From contig CM075992.1 in NCBI GenBank assembly GCA_038087875.1, positions 11,286,001 through 11,350,000 of the forward strand: a stretch of 64,000 nucleotides of DNA, given 5' to 3'. Under the pieces are notes generated by a model. That model was not told the origin of the DNA and did not search any database. It was given only the letters and a program-made list of their open reading frames with translations. Of this stretch, positions 63,804 to 64,000 are shown one piece after another. Positions within the stretch are counted from its first letter, which is position 1; each line of letters opens with the position of its first letter. Both the position numbers and the translations under genes were made by a program. The stretch is from Malacoraja senta. Lineage: Eukaryota.

Positions 63804-63852
63804 CCAAAGAGCCCAGAATCAGCAGCAGAAGCCTCACTTCACCAGGTGGCAT
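63804..63852 (-). CDS. D8C-domain gene, coding exon 1 (signal peptide)
   Basis: ATG at 63852, MPPGEVRLLLLILGSL plus G|GTGAGT phase 1; joins exon 2 to give ...LGSLATDSALG|DPC; an AG acceptor just upstream implies a non-coding first exon outside the window. Confidence 0.78.
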
Positions 63853-64000
63853 TCTGGAAATGTAAGCAGGGAAATAAAATCAGAGGAAAAAGAGATACCA
63901 GGGTTTCAGGCAAAGCTGTATTCTGGGACAGAATCTACAGTACACAAAATAGCTCGCTCCCTCACATAGAGGTGAGATCGCACTCTTCCCCAGACTGTGA

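Overview
Vertebrate nuclear DNA, almost certainly a cartilaginous fish (skate/ray-like). This is inferred from HE1/V-SINE-like SINEs, abundant CR1 LINEs and the elasmobranch-type Penelope repeats. Most of the window is decayed, deeply nested transposable elements: CR1, L2, Rex1/Babar, L1, Penelope (with hammerhead-ribozyme motifs), three DIRS1-type tyrosine-recombinase retrotransposons, an autonomous-type Helitron relic plus non-autonomous Helitrons, a solo LTR, MITEs and a hAT/KIAA1586-like transposase fragment. There is a 200-N gap at 44377-44576 and a ~2.8 kb CA-derived satellite next to it. One real host gene, largely invisible in the ORF track, can be spliced by hand on the minus strand: a signal-peptide exon (63804-63852) plus three in-frame GT-AG exons (49449-49596, 49049-49125, 48035-48199) encoding a secreted uromodulin/GP2/OIT3-type D8C domain directly after the signal peptide. 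The 14 kb intron after its signal-peptide exon holds a CR1 > solo LTR > head-to-tail DIRS heterodimer nest. An inverted, 3'-truncated paralogous copy of the gene's 5' part lies at ~24.4-37.4 kb. All family assignments are from motif recognition by eye; no database searches were run.
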